Source: Selaginella moellendorffii
Taxonomy: Eukaryota; Plantae; Lycopodiophyta
Length of the DNA stretch: 64,000 nucleotides
Assembly: GCF_000143415.4 (NCBI RefSeq)
Contig: NW_003314280.1
Span: 1,364,894 to 1,428,893 of the forward strand
Reading direction: 5' to 3'
The translations under genes and the position numbers were made by a program. The notes beneath the pieces were generated by a model. The model did not search any database. It was not told where the DNA came from and saw nothing but the letters and a program-made list of their open reading frames with translations. Positions 46,864 through 59,429 of this stretch are shown piece after piece (position 1 is the first letter of the stretch; each line of letters opens with the position of its first letter).

Positions 46864-48699
46864 TTACAACAGGCTGTTTCGGAAGAAGCGAACTCCCTGC
46901 TTGACGAATGTAAATATCGAATGTGGTGTTTAAACAGTGCGAGACGAACCTGTAGTGCAAATACGACGTCATCATGGTCTACTTGCAACTTTGTCTTTCT
47001 GAGACGATCTTCGCGAGCTGTACTCAGGCCAAGAAGACCCTGAAATGTCGAAGATTAAACACTAATTTGTCTTGCCACATAGCTTATACCTGGTCGGCAA
47101 TTAGTTGACAAATTCCAGAGAATTCTTGAGAAGATACAGGGCGCATACCAGTTGTTTTACAAAACCCCAGGTACTGCTTATTCAGCTGCAAAGCTTCCCG
47201 TAAGTCCACTCATCAATTTTGACACTTGAAGAACGCCTACCTCGCCTAGTGGCGCGTCCCTCTTTCTCTTCCGGAAGAGACTAACGGCACTACATAAGAC
47301 CATCTGTACATCGATAACGAAATGAGCAGATAACTCATGACAAACACTGGTATTACCTGCGAATGTTTTGGCAGAGCTTGAATAGTTTCAATGACAGGAG
47401 AACGGAAAACTTTGGCCAACGCCCTTGCCATGTGATCAACTTGCACAAACTGATCCCTTTGCAAGCAAGTCGCTTCAGGCTCTGTAGATTTGCTTTTGTT
47501 CTCGGCTTCAAAAAGATCAAGAGCAGTCCTGCAACGCACCAAAGTTAAGAATCATAAGAAGTCACAGGCAATTACCAACCTGCAAGCGTACAAGGCTTTT
47601 CTCATGTCCCCGGATGCAGCAGATACCCTCTGTTCCATTGAAAGATTAGAACATCAGCTTAGGTGGTTGCCATAACTTACTCTGGCACACAGCTCCAAGG
47701 CTGCAGGATGAAACGTAGCCACCGATAGAGACTGGAAAAGGCAATGTTAATACTCAAAGACAAGATGTGTTGCCATCTTCTACCGATAATCTTTGAAGCA
47801 AGACAGCGAAAATTTGGTCTTTGGTATACGCAGGAAATGTGATGACATCCGGATTACCTGCAATACGATCGACAATAAGATACAAACAGAATAAACATCA
47901 GTGCAAGCCTTACAGCTGAAAGTTCTCAGCCTTGGTAGAAATCTTTCAGTTAAATCGATGGCGTTAGCAATTCCTTTGACAAGAAAAGAGCATCAGCACA
48001 CAAGAACGCGTAGAAAACAGCTTACCTATTAGAATGCAGCTGCTGTCTTTCAAAACGGATAATTGGAACAGCTCATACAACACAGTTTGTTCTCTGGTTA
48101 TGAGATAGTCCATTTCATCGATGATTAAAAGCCTGGCAAGAAAAGCTTAGCGACTCCAAAAAGTGGCAAAGAAAACAAAAACATACTGCATTTTCTTCGC
48201 ACCCCTGTTGAACGATAGTAACTTCTTAAGTTGTTGGTACCCGACGCTTCGATCATCGTCAGCGCCTGGTTGTAAGGAGTGATAAATCTGCGAAACAAAC
48301 GAGCATTCCATCGTCCAAGCACAAAGGAAAAAAAAGTTCATACCCTGGAGTAGATCTGTGTAGCATCTGTGAGCGTTGTGCAATTGATAGAAGCCACATC
48401 CGGTGGTAAAACCCCTGCCTGTATAGAAAACCAAAGATGAAACTCAAGTGTCTAGCTATTTGGGATTTTACCTCGACTGCCCACTGTGACAAGAGACCCT
48501 TTAGCTTCTCCATTGCCAGCGATTTCCCAGTTCCAGGACACCCACACACGTAGAGACTGCCTGGCCTTCTCTCTAGCAGGCAATCCTTGGAGAACTTGAT
48601 GATCCTATCGATCTGCTCGCTCCGGCACAGAATAGCCTCAGGAACAGCAGACAAATGCAATGCCGTCTTGGCCGCGAGGATGTGAGCCGAGAAATCCAT
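46864..48699 (-). CDS. CDC6: Cell division control protein 6 (AAA+), multi-exon
   Basis: SLYVCGCPGTGKS (Walker A), LIIDEMDYL (Walker B), GIANAIDLTERFLP, GDMRKAL; C-terminal ALQGVRFFRNSLL*. Confidence 0.9.
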
Positions 48700-48770
48700 G
48701 GAGCGATCAATCAAGAATGCCAAACCCTGCCCTAGATCCCCCGCGCAATCTACATGTTCCCTCCAAAAAT

Positions 48771-48781
48771 CCGCGCCAAAA
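48771..48781 (-). promoter_or_regulatory. E2F-type site upstream of CDC6
   Basis: TTTTGGCGCGG about 70 bp upstream of the ATG. Confidence 0.6.
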
Positions 48782-48819
48782 CATAGCCGTTTGAAAAAAT
48801 TCCATGAACTTTAGGGTTC

Positions 48820-49371
48820 ATGGAGCTCATTGGCAAGCGCGAAGGAGACCCTGCGATCGCGGCTTTCTTGGGCAATTTGGGGGCGAGCGATGGAGGAATT
48901 CCACTGCCCAGCAGGTGCGCATTCCCAGCTCTGAAATCGCGCCCGGCGTGTGAGTATCACAACTACGAAGCTCTGGGCGTGTCGCTGTGCTTCGAGGAGT
49001 CAGCCCTAGAGGCCGTTCATGTGTACAATGGGACGCACGGCTACTCCCAATTCATAGGCGATCTTCCTCACGGGCTCAGGTAAGCGTAAATTCCTCTCAG
49101 TCGATCAGTCGATCATTCGATTCGATCGAGTCGATCGAGTCGATTCCACTTCAGGATTGGAATGACGGGCCGAGAGATTGTGGAGCTGCTAGGCGAGCCC
49201 GACGGCAAGGCCGGAGGAGGACGAGGTGGCGGCCCCATCTCCATAGCTTACAAGGAAAGAGGTTTGCACATCAATTTCCTGGGATCCAGCTGGGAGAACA
49301 GCGATAGCGCGATCGACTCGGTGACAATCCACGCGCCTCAACCTCAAACCATGGCCATCGAGGATCACTGA
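48820..49371 (+). CDS. Small two-exon protein of unknown function
   Basis: GT-AG intron 49080-49154 joins ORFs 48820 and 49162 in frame (LPHGLR-IGMTGREIVELLGEP). Confidence 0.75.
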
Positions 49372-50014
49372 GGGAGGTTTTCTTTTTGTTTCTATCGGGT
49401 CTTAAAATCCTTGATATGGTCTGATTGGCAAGGAAAACCATTCCGATTCACATCGATTTGGATAGTTATTCAAGAATGGCCTCAGGCGAAAGATGGTGAT
49501 TTTGAGTTGTTCCTCACGGGAAACATCAGATCTCTTTGCTGAGAGAAGCTTGCATCATCGGCCAAGAAAAAAAAAAACTCACAAACAAGAACAATGGAGT
49601 TGTCAGCTGGTAGTGCATGTAAAATGATCCTCACTGAGAAGCTCAGAACAGGTCTATGAACTTTGATCATCCTCCAACTCCATCCAGAAGCTCCTAAGAA
49701 AATCAAAACTGGTAATCAGACTGACGTGCAAATCGATGTGAGATTTTTTCCGCAGTAGAAGTCAGAAATGGCGAAAGATCATCATCACATTCCCAAAGAA
49801 ACCCAGAGATCAGACGAAACAAAATCGTGTCAATCCTCACAGAGAGTAGGACTGGGGCGACATTCCAGTCATCATCTCTCCTCGAGCAACAAGCAAACCC
49901 TAGAGTTTCTGTGGCCGCAAAAGCCCTAAATAAGAGCCCTAACAGGAGGCCAACGGTGGGGATTGCGCTCGAATCCAACGGACAGGATTTGGATTTACAG
50001 GAGAGATACTATTA

Positions 50015-51107
50015 TTATTCCGTTTTAAACTTAAACTCGGGAATGACAATGGCGTCGAGCCAGTTGGAGAGATTGACGCTCACAACGCACTTTGCGCCCC
50101 AGAGTTTGTCCTTCCTCGTCGACTCCGGCTCTTTCACCTCCTCGCATCTCTCGAGCTGGTTTAGCTGCTCGTACAATCCAATGCACCGCTCGCGCGTCTC
50201 CAGCACCGAGATCTGTGCTGCTCGGCCGCGGAGGCAGCGCTGGAACAACACGATCGCCGTGAGCCTCTCCAGCTTGACCACCAGAGTTGGATCACATCTG
50301 GGTGTCAAAACTCTCCGGTGCTTTCCCTGGAGCGATCGAGTATGAGACTGTTTCTCTAGAACGTAAACACAAAAGAGAAAGACTTACAACTTGGACGGAG
50401 TAGTGTCTTTGGCGTGGAACCGCTCGCGCGATCGATCTTCCCTTGGTGGATCGAGTCGCGCGTCGCGCGTAGGCGTCGGTCATTGCGATGAAATCGCCCT
50501 GGAGCCACTCCTCCACGTTCACCTTGATTTTCAGCCGTGGCTCAAGCTCCGCAAGCTCTGCAAGGGAGCTGTTGTATTTCAATCACAAACAAGCCCGGCA
50601 GGGAGAGAAACCACATAAACAAAAGAGAAAACGTTGCGGCAATCGTGGAGAGCACCTTTGAGTAGCAAGTTCTTAAAGGGCTCCATGAAATCTCGCTGCT
50701 CGGTCTGCAAGAAGAGAAAGTTACTTGAGATTTTGGAGAAAGAGATGATCAAACTTACGAGCTCCTCGAGGCTTGGAATGTGCCATTCCTTCTCAACTCT
50801 GTTGGGGAAAACCATGGGATTCATCCGAACTGGAACAATTTCCTTGTCTCTCGCAAAGAGCTCTCGATCCCCGTCCGCTGCTTGTTCCCTGTGGGGTCTT
50901 CTTCGCATTCCATATCTCTCTTCGAAAGAACACACCGAGTTAAGAAAATGAGAAGAACAAAAATTCAATCGCTATACCTTCAAAGACCCACGGCTCGATG
51001 TTGACAAACATCCAAGACGGGGGCTGGATGAGATCGAAGGCTGCCGTTTGCGTCTCATTCTCCCTCAAATCGGTCTGCGCCTCGGCGTCTCGAATCTCCT
51101 CCTCCAT
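50015..51107 (-). CDS. CFAP91/MAATS1-like flagellar protein (divergent, multi-exon; exon joins not fully resolved)
   Basis: AQTDLRENETQT resembles the CFAP91 QTDYR..QT motif; AIVLFQRCLRGRAAQ resembles its IQ-like LQKLLRGRAVQ segment. Confidence 0.55.
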
Positions 51108-51356
51108 CCTCCCCAACGCAAGCTACCGATCGACTCTAAGAGAGAAATGTACCGCGAAAGCAATGGCGCCGTCCCGCCAGGCTGCCGATCGACCGCGCCG
51201 TGTTCTTCACCCCCATCGCGATTCGCGATTTAGGGCTTTCAGATCCCAGGGCTATGCAATACGGGCCTCCACTTGGCACGTCTGACGTGGCGAGGTGACG
51301 AGGCCGGCTTTTGAATTTGAATTCAAAATGGCGCTTGGAAAGGGCGGGAAAGAGCG

Positions 51357-52033
51357 ATGACGAGGAATGTGGGCATAGCGATCGATTTGTCGCCCACCAG
51401 CAGGTACGCGCTTCGCTGGGCGCTCGAGCACTTCGCGCGCGATGGCGATCACATCTTCGTCCTCGTCGTCCGCAAGAAAGAGGGCGAGGACACCGCCCTC
51501 TTCGAGAAAGCCGGCACTCGTAAGTGGCTCCGATCGATCTTAAGATGTTCTCAGACTCGGTTTTCCTGGAGGATTGATCCACAGCCTTGATCCCAATGCA
51601 CGACTACGACGAGCACGTCTTGGACAAGTATGGCATCCAGCCCGATCCTGAGGTGTTTGCAACGATTAGAGAGCACCGAGAGAAGAAAAAAGTAAACTTT
51701 CTTACGCGTTTTCCTTTTTGTTCTTGTCGATCTCAACGTCGAGCTCCTGGCTCCAGTTTGCTGTGGACGGTAAGGTCTACTACGGCGATGCTCGAGAGAA
51801 GATCATCGAGGCTGTTGGAGATCTTAAGTTGAACCTGCTTGTGCTTGGAAGTAGAGGCCTTGGGACTGTTAAAAGGTACCGCAAAGCTTCTTATTTCTCG
51901 ACTTGGAAAAAACTCGTTTCATTTGTTGCGAATCCACAGGGCGCTGCTGGGAAGCGTCAGTAACTACGTAATCAACAACGCACCTTGCCCAGTCACAGTA
52001 GTGAAGCTCCCGGAATCCCAATCAAACTCGTGA
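51357..52033 (+). CDS. Universal stress protein A-like
   Basis: GIAIDLSPTSRYALRWA, GDAREKI, GSRGLG..KR-ALLGSVSNYVINNAPCPVTVVK; GT-AG introns. Confidence 0.92.
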
Positions 52034-52051
52034 GAAGCTCGAACAGTTGCT

Positions 52052-53125
52052 TTAAGATGAAGGCGGTTTCTTCTTGTCCAGTAGATCCTCGAAGCTTTTG
52101 GGATCCAGCGTTCCGCTGAGAAGAGCGAAGAGCAAGCGTTTGTGGTAGAGATGCCCGTGAATTAAATTCAAGATGAACTGGCGATGCCCCATTACTGCGA
52201 CAATGAAATCGGCTAGATCGATCAAGATTAGAAATTTAAGAGCATACCAGGCAGAGGCACGAACACATTAGTCGCCATTCGAGAAAGGTCGGTCGGGGTG
52301 GCATTTAGAAATGGTGGATCAATCTTACTGCAACATACAACTCCCACGATCAGATTATCGAAGTTGCCACAATGGACAAGCCAGCTACCTTACTCGAACA
52401 CGTAAATTCTGTTCCAGGAAGTGTCATTAGTGTGATGAAAGACAAAACAGGGAGATTCAAGCTCATGTACCTCGCGGTGGCCCCAGAAGTTCATTGTGCT
52501 GATCTCTACATATTCTGGAAGAGGTGGAACAAGCGAGAGCTCGCCAATGTATCTGCAGTGAAAAGGTTGAAGTTAGCAAATCTGTTTGATCCAGTGTGAT
52601 CCTCACCTACGGGAATAGTACCAGAGAGCGAGCGTTGCTCCAACAGCTCCAAAAGTGACGCCAAGAGATGCTGCTACAGCCTCGGCAGACAATGTCCCCT
52701 TGGAAAACAAAGACAAAACTATAACACGAGAAGAAAGAAGAAACGAGAAAGCATCCTTACCTCTTTCACGTATTTTGCTAATGGAGCTGCTATGGCTGCA
52801 AATCCTGCCAGTTGAATTACCTTGAGCCTAGAACAAAAAAAATCCTTTTTCTGCGCCAATTTCTCCGAGAAATCTATGATCCAAACCTCACGACAAGCCG
52901 CAGCGGTCGCATCCAGCGCGCTTGGTACAACACCACTTTCGCGGGAGCCTGATCTCTAAAACCCTGGGGACTCACATTCTTGTTACGCAGCAGCTTCGCC
53001 GGATCATCTTCAGAGATCGCCGTGGACGCCGCCGCCGCTGGTGACGATGCCGACAAGCGCAGCAGCGTTCGCGATTGCGCGGTAGCAGCGGCGCATCGCC
53101 GAAGCAATGGCCGCAGTGCCGCCAT
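52052..53125 (-). CDS. TMEM186-like mitochondrial membrane protein
   Basis: R/A/S-rich presequence, two hydrophobic segments, YSRRYIGEL...ISTMNFWGHR. Confidence 0.6.
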
Positions 53126-53163
53126 GGCCGTAGAAAATACCAAAATTAGGGCTACTGGCAAGC

Positions 53164-53176
53164 TTTCCCGCCAAAA
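53164..53176 (+). promoter_or_regulatory. E2F site upstream of MCM10, followed by a telo-box-like TTTAGGG
   Basis: TTTCCCGCCAAAA about 40 bp upstream of the ATG. Confidence 0.75.
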
Positions 53177-53215
53177 GGTTTAGGGTGTTTCGAAATTCTA
53201 GGCTTTCGCAGCGCC

Positions 53216-55166
53216 ATGGCTGATCTGGAGCTGCTTCTATCGCTTCGGGACGAATGCGGCGAAGAGAAGGACAGCACAGGTATGATTTCTATGAATGGAT
53301 CGAGCCGACATTGCGGCATTGTGATAGAAATCAAGGATCGATCGAACAGCGGTGAGATTTTGCCGCGCCCTTCGACAGGCTATTGCTCCGATGAAGAGGA
53401 AAGGCCCAAGCCCGTGCTAAACATGTCCATTTTCAAGGATGTGCTGAAAAGCAGTGGAAGTTTAGTGAAATGCCCGCCGGCCTCTGTCGAGAAATCAAAG
53501 GGAGTTTCTGTGCAAAGCTTCGGATCAAACGGCAGTACACCAGATCTCGAAGTTCACTCTGGTCTTCGCATCAGGTAGAGTTTCTTTTGTTTTTCTTACA
53601 TATGTTTTTTTCATACAGATAAGATGTTCTGCTTTACTTACGAATTTTTCTCTGGATCGCAGAAACAGATGTCTTAGCCGTGAGATGCTAACTACAAAGC
53701 TCATGGAGCTGCGATTCGTGAAGCTTGAAGCTCTCAAGTAAGCATTCTTTCATTCTATTTCCTTGCCTCCCTTTACAGAGAATTTATCTTTCGTCAGGCA
53801 TGCAGTCATTGGCGATGGTGTTAGAGGTTCTTGGGCAACAATTGCCGTTCTGTCAGACAAGGGCCAACCCCGAGTGTCATCGAACTCGAAAAACTATGTC
53901 ATTTGGAAGCTGTCTTGCCTGAACGAGTCTACCGTTTCCTTGTTTTTGTTTGGGGATGCTTATAAAGAACACTGGAAAGAGGCGGTCGGTAGTGTCATTG
54001 CGATTTTCGATGCTAAAGTTCGTCACGATGACAAGGTATATCTCAATGTGTTTTTTAGCCTTCTTGTTCTGACTTTGATTTCCCAGAAAGGCGATTTTAG
54101 CGTGAGCGTTGCTGATGTGAATCAATTGACAGTTGTGGGGACGTCACTGGATTTTGCCATTTGTAACGGGAAGCGCAAAGATGGAGCTCCTTGCTCAGTA
54201 CCGGTTAACAGGTGAGCTTATATCTCTCTGAACTGTTGATCTTCTAGAACTTATGTTGCAGGAAAGAGGGTGCATACTGTAAATTTCACGCTCTCGTAAG
54301 AACACTGAAATCTTTTTGGTGGTGTACTCACTGATTTACAGGCAGCACGCAAAAACTTGAGAAGTAAACGACCAGAGTTAAATGGCGGGTAATGTGCAGC
54401 ATATGTTTTTCTCTTCTGTCTTTTCATTGTTTAAATGCTAAATTTCTCAGAAACCTTGCTACTGGATTGACCGGGTCGATGAGAAACCAGAATCGCGGAA
54501 TGCAGTCCCTCAAGCACACTATAGAGAAATCACCGGAGCAGCCATTGAAGCGAGTAAAGCATCGGTCGTCTTTAGAGCTTTCTAAGATGCTGAGGTACTC
54601 TATGTTTGCTACAGACGCCGGCATTCTCATTACCCATATTCTTGTTTACAGCAATGGCGACAAAATGACGACACGAACGTCGTCGCAAGGTTTAAGATTT
54701 CTGGCTAGAATGACAGATAACAACGGTAGCGTTCTCTTTCTAACAATGAGAGTAACTGTGCACTGTGATTTTCAGAAGACAAAGAACTCTCCAGTTCCAA
54801 CCAGAAGAAGAAACCGGCAGTATCAGATCGCAAGCCTTCCGACAAGAAGCAAGTGGAAGTTTCAAACAGGAGACCTTCTTGCAGGAAGGTCTCCTGTTTG
54901 AAACAGGAGAGAGATAGTGTATCGAGGTAATGCACTTTTCCTCCCTGGCTCCATCCATTTCTCACTGGATTGTCTACTGCAGGCCTCCCTTGAAAGAGCT
55001 ATCCAACTCGAGCAAAGATCGAGCACTCGGGAACGAGGTCGTGGAAATCGACTTGGAAGTGGAAGAGGATACGGACAATGCCATGGTAATTGTCACAAAA
55101 CTCTACCTCATGTTTGTTTGGATTGACTTTCACCAGGCCCAGGCGATGTCGATATTTAAATCATAA
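53216..55166 (+). CDS. MCM10: MCM10 replication initiation factor, multi-exon
   Basis: OB-fold segment WATIAVL...YVIWKL...SLFLFGDAY; zinc finger GTSLDFAICNGKRKDGAPC...YCKFH. Confidence 0.88.
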
Positions 55167-55547
55167 TCCGCGCAAAGCATGCATATCTCGAGAGGTAAAA
55201 ATCACTCGCTTGCGTCGTTGGATTGCTTCAGCATTTTGTCGCAGGCCACCAAGAACCAATGATCCAAAGCTTGCAAGCCACAAGAAATTCGCGTGGATAT
55301 TTTTCTTCATACGAAACATCCCCAGGAAGAAGAAATTCTAGCGGCCGGAAAGCGCCTTATCTAAGAGGGGAGGCTCTGCCACGCGTCATTCTTTTATTCG
55401 CGGCCAGGAGCCCACGTCATCGCGATTAGTGTAAACCCCCATTTTGACTTTAAGCTAATGGCGCTCCTCTAGCTAGTAGCCATTTCTCTGCGGCAGTTCT
55501 TCCCTAGCCGCCGCGCTCCTCTCTCCGCCTCGATCGATCCGTCCGCC

Positions 55548-57342
55548 ATGGCCGCCACGGCAGCCGCCGCCTCATCGCAGCTCATCTCGCCCGCGGCGTC
55601 GCTCGGATCGGCGTCGTCCTCGTCGAGCTCGTCGAGCAATCGCGCCGGATTCAGGTCTTTCAGGCTCCAGTCCTTCAGCGGCCTCGTCGCCGGGCGCAGG
55701 GATGTGCGCAAGCTGGGCGCATTGGATCAGCACCAGGATTTCGTGGCGGCCGTGGCATCCCTGGTGAGCAGAGGCCATGGGCGGGGCAGCCGCGGCGTGG
55801 TGTGCATGGCCAAGAAGAGCGTCGGCGATCTCAAGGAGGCGGATTTAAAAGGCAAGCGCGTCTTCGTGAGGGCCGATCTCAACGTCCCCTTGGATGGCGA
55901 TCTCAAGATCACCGACGATACGAGGATTCGTGCCGCCGTGCCGACGATCAAGTATCTCATCAGCAATGGAGCAAAGGTCATCCTCTCGAGCCATCTGGTA
56001 AGTTTTTTCTTCTTCTAGTTTCGATAGATGGAAAGAATTTCTCGAAGCTTTTCCCATCCTTGCTTTTCTCTCTTATAGGGACGTCCGAAAGGTGTTACTG
56101 ACAAGTATCGGCTTACTCCTCTTGTTCCAAGGCTCTCAGAGCTTCTCGGCATCAAGGCAAGCTTGTTTTCTCAAGTGTTTTTATTGAATGAGCTCTTTTT
56201 TGTTTCTTCAGGTCGAGAAAGCCGACGATTCGATTGGTCCGGAAGTCGAGAAGAAGGTTGCTGCTTTGCCCGACGGTGGGGTGCTGCTTCTCGAGAATGT
56301 AAGATTCTATCCCGAGGAGGAGAAGAATGTCCCCGAGCACGCACAGAAGCTGGCAGCAGTGGCTGATTTGTACGTGAACGATGCTTTTGGTACCGCTCAC
56401 AGAGCTCATGCTTCTACCGAGGGCGTGACCAAGTTCCTCAAGCCCTCCGTGGCTGGATTCCTCTTGCAAAAGGTAGATTTTCTTTTCCTTTTTCCCAATG
56501 CTTCCCTGAGTTGACGACGAATTTGCCAGGAGCTCGACTACCTTGATGGAGCTGTGTCGAATCCTAAACGACCATTTGCTGCCATCGTTGGAGGCTCCAA
56601 GGTGTCGTCCAAGATTGGAGTGATTGAATCCCTGTTGGAGAAATGCAACATCTTGTTACTCGGAGGAGGAATGATCTTCACCTTCTACAAAGCGCAGGGC
56701 CTCTCTGTGGGATCCTCACTCGTTGAGGAGGATAAGATCGACCTGGCAAAATCCCTGATGAGGACGGCCAAGGACAAAGGTGTCTCCTTGCTCCTTCCCA
56801 CAGACGTGGTGGTGGCTGACAAGTTCGCAGCAGACGCGAACAGCAAGGTAGAGTCTCCTGGCACCAATTTTCCAACGTCCGACTAAATTTTCTCTCTTGT
56901 TCTTCCACAGATCGTACCATCGACAGCAATCCCCGATGGCTGGATGGGTCTCGATATCGGGCCCGACTCTGTGAAGACGTTCAACGAGGCATTGGACACC
57001 ACCAAGACCGTCATCTGGAACGGGCCCATGGGAGTGTTCGAGTTTGACAAGTTCGCGGTTGGCACGGAGGTAAAAGAACGCTTTTGCGAACTTCCAACGA
57101 TCTAAGAACTTTTCCCTTGTTTTTCGCAGGCTGTTGCGAAGAAGCTGGCGGAGCTTAGCGGCAAAGGTGTGACTACAATCATCGGCGGAGGTGATTCCGT
57201 GGCGGCCGTGGAGAAAGTCGGGGTCGCGGATAAGATGAGCCACATATCAACCGGGGGTGGTGCTAGTTTGGAGCTGCTCGAAGGCAAAGTTCTTCCTGGC
57301 GTCGCTGCTCTTGACGAGGCGGTAGCGGCAGTCACGGTGTAG
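55548..57342 (+). CDS. PGK: Phosphoglycerate kinase, chloroplastic
   Basis: S/A-rich transit peptide; [60 protein letters not shown]. Confidence 0.97.
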
Positions 57343-58289
57343 GAGGTAATGCTCTACCGTTTCTACATTTTTCTCCTCTCTTTGTTTTGGCTCCAATAAG
57401 CTGGGCAACTGTAACTTATCTTAACTCGGCAGCAGCGATGATCTTGAGCTCTCAGCGCCAGCATCTAAAAATCCACAAGAAGAAAATTCTTGGAACTCGC
57501 CGATTCTTCGTGGTTCTATCCTTAAAACCCAAGCAAAACCTATAAGAGAAATCATGTGAATGGCTTTGCTTACCTTCATGGAGGGCAAACTTTTGCAAAG
57601 GAAGTCCCATTGTTTATTGTTGTCCAATATGTTAAATTATTCTATCACGATAGATTCCTGGATTAGATTAATAATTCGTACTTGAAGAAAGCCAATATTT
57701 ATATGTTGTCCAAGCTATGAAGGACAGCAATGTCATTCTTTTGTGCTTTTAAACATAATAACATCAATTCAGCCAGAGATCTTTCTATGGACCCTCTCTG
57801 GATGGGAGTGGCAATGAAGTTTCTATGGTTGTGGGAGCACACGTATGTCAATGGAGATAAACATACACATTATTGAAGCCTATAGCCTGTTCATGAAGAG
57901 CCCGAGAGTGGTCAAGTTTCACAGAGGTATGTTCTAGGTAATAAGTTCAGGCTGGTTGAGATTGATCTTCAGATCGGTGATTTTACTTGCCACCATGCCA
58001 ATGCTGTTTCAACCCAATAGTGTGTCAATTGATGAAGTGATGGTTTGGAACAAAAGGTAATTACGAAAAGAGTATTTCGGGTCTGGGAACAAAGGTTGAC
58101 ATTTATGTGCCTAATTCTAGATGAAATCCGACTAGTTCCCCAAGAAGAAATGCTTCTGGTGCAAATTCTTTGTCCTGCACTTCCGACTGAATCGGCTGTG
58201 CCAGAAGGCAGCTACTGAGAACAAAGTGCCCGGTTTTCTGTAAAGGAGGAAGCTTCAAACCTCGTTCCGAGTTGCAGGAGACATCTTCG

Positions 58290-58545
58290 AGTCAACGACC
58301 TCCATAGACGTGTCCTGCAACAACCTCAGCGGCGACATTCCAGCGGACTCGGGAAAACTGGTTGCTCTGAGGAACTTGAACATGGCTTTCAACAATTTCG
58401 ATGGTTCCATACCCAGTGAGCTCGGTCATGGAATCTCTGGATCTGCCTAATATAATCACCTTCAAGGGGGCATTCCATCGCAGCTCACACTCTTGAGCTT
58501 TCTGGCTTACTTCAACGTCTCCAGCAACCAACTAAGTGGCAACTT
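58290..58545 (+). pseudogene. Extracellular LRR (RLP/RLK) fragment
   Basis: IDVSCNNLSGDIP, LNMAFNNFDGSIPSELG and LAYFNVSSNQLSG with frameshifts. Confidence 0.75.
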
Positions 58546-59429
58546 CAGCCTTTCCAATCTATGAGCACCGTGTAGGATATCATGCCGGGAAACAGCATCT
58601 TGCTCTCATCCCAAGCCTGTCTCCAGTTGACGTAAACAGAGTCTCCAAACAAACTGCTCCATTGCTCAAATATCTGCCACGAATTTAAGATCCTTGGAAA
58701 CATCGATGCTGCTGCTGCTGGTCAACTCCTCCCGTAATGTTCTTGACAAGCTTAAAAAGAAAAAAATCTTCCTAGCGCCGTGCCACACACACTTGCTGGT
58801 TGGAGTTTGACCACTGTCTGCACACTTTCTAATTGTCTATAGGCTGCAGCTTACCAATTAATTGGGGATTGAACCTGAACATCGTATCCAGAAGACTGCT
58901 CAGGTATTCGACACTTCGGGATCCGTGGAAGCAGGATGCGTTTCCATGGCAGGAATATTTTTCCGTATTTTAGATTTCTTTAAACTTTTTAACTTCCAAT
59001 AAAACAACCTGTCTTGCATGAAGATTTTAGGACAATGATCTGCCTACGATTTATTCTGGTCCAATTTCATGTTTGACTCTTAATTAAGAGCGGCGAAATA
59101 AGATTACAAACTGTCCAAAACATAGTGGTCCTTGGCCATGACTGACCAGTGATCAAGTCTGGGACGTCCGATAAGACTGCTGACTGAATTAAGACTTGAA
59201 TGTGTTGTTTCTTGACGGACTCTGTCATTTTTTGGTGATGTTTTGCTTTCAAACTCAAAGTCATTCTACATGTGACGATCACTCAGTTTCACTATTTCTT
59301 GAAATTTCATGAAATATAATAATATTTACTTAAGAGTGGTTATCTTGAAATTTTATGAATCATTGAAATATAAGAATCTATTAATAAGACATACTTAAGA
59401 GTCTCCTAATAGGCCGAGATGAACAAAGC

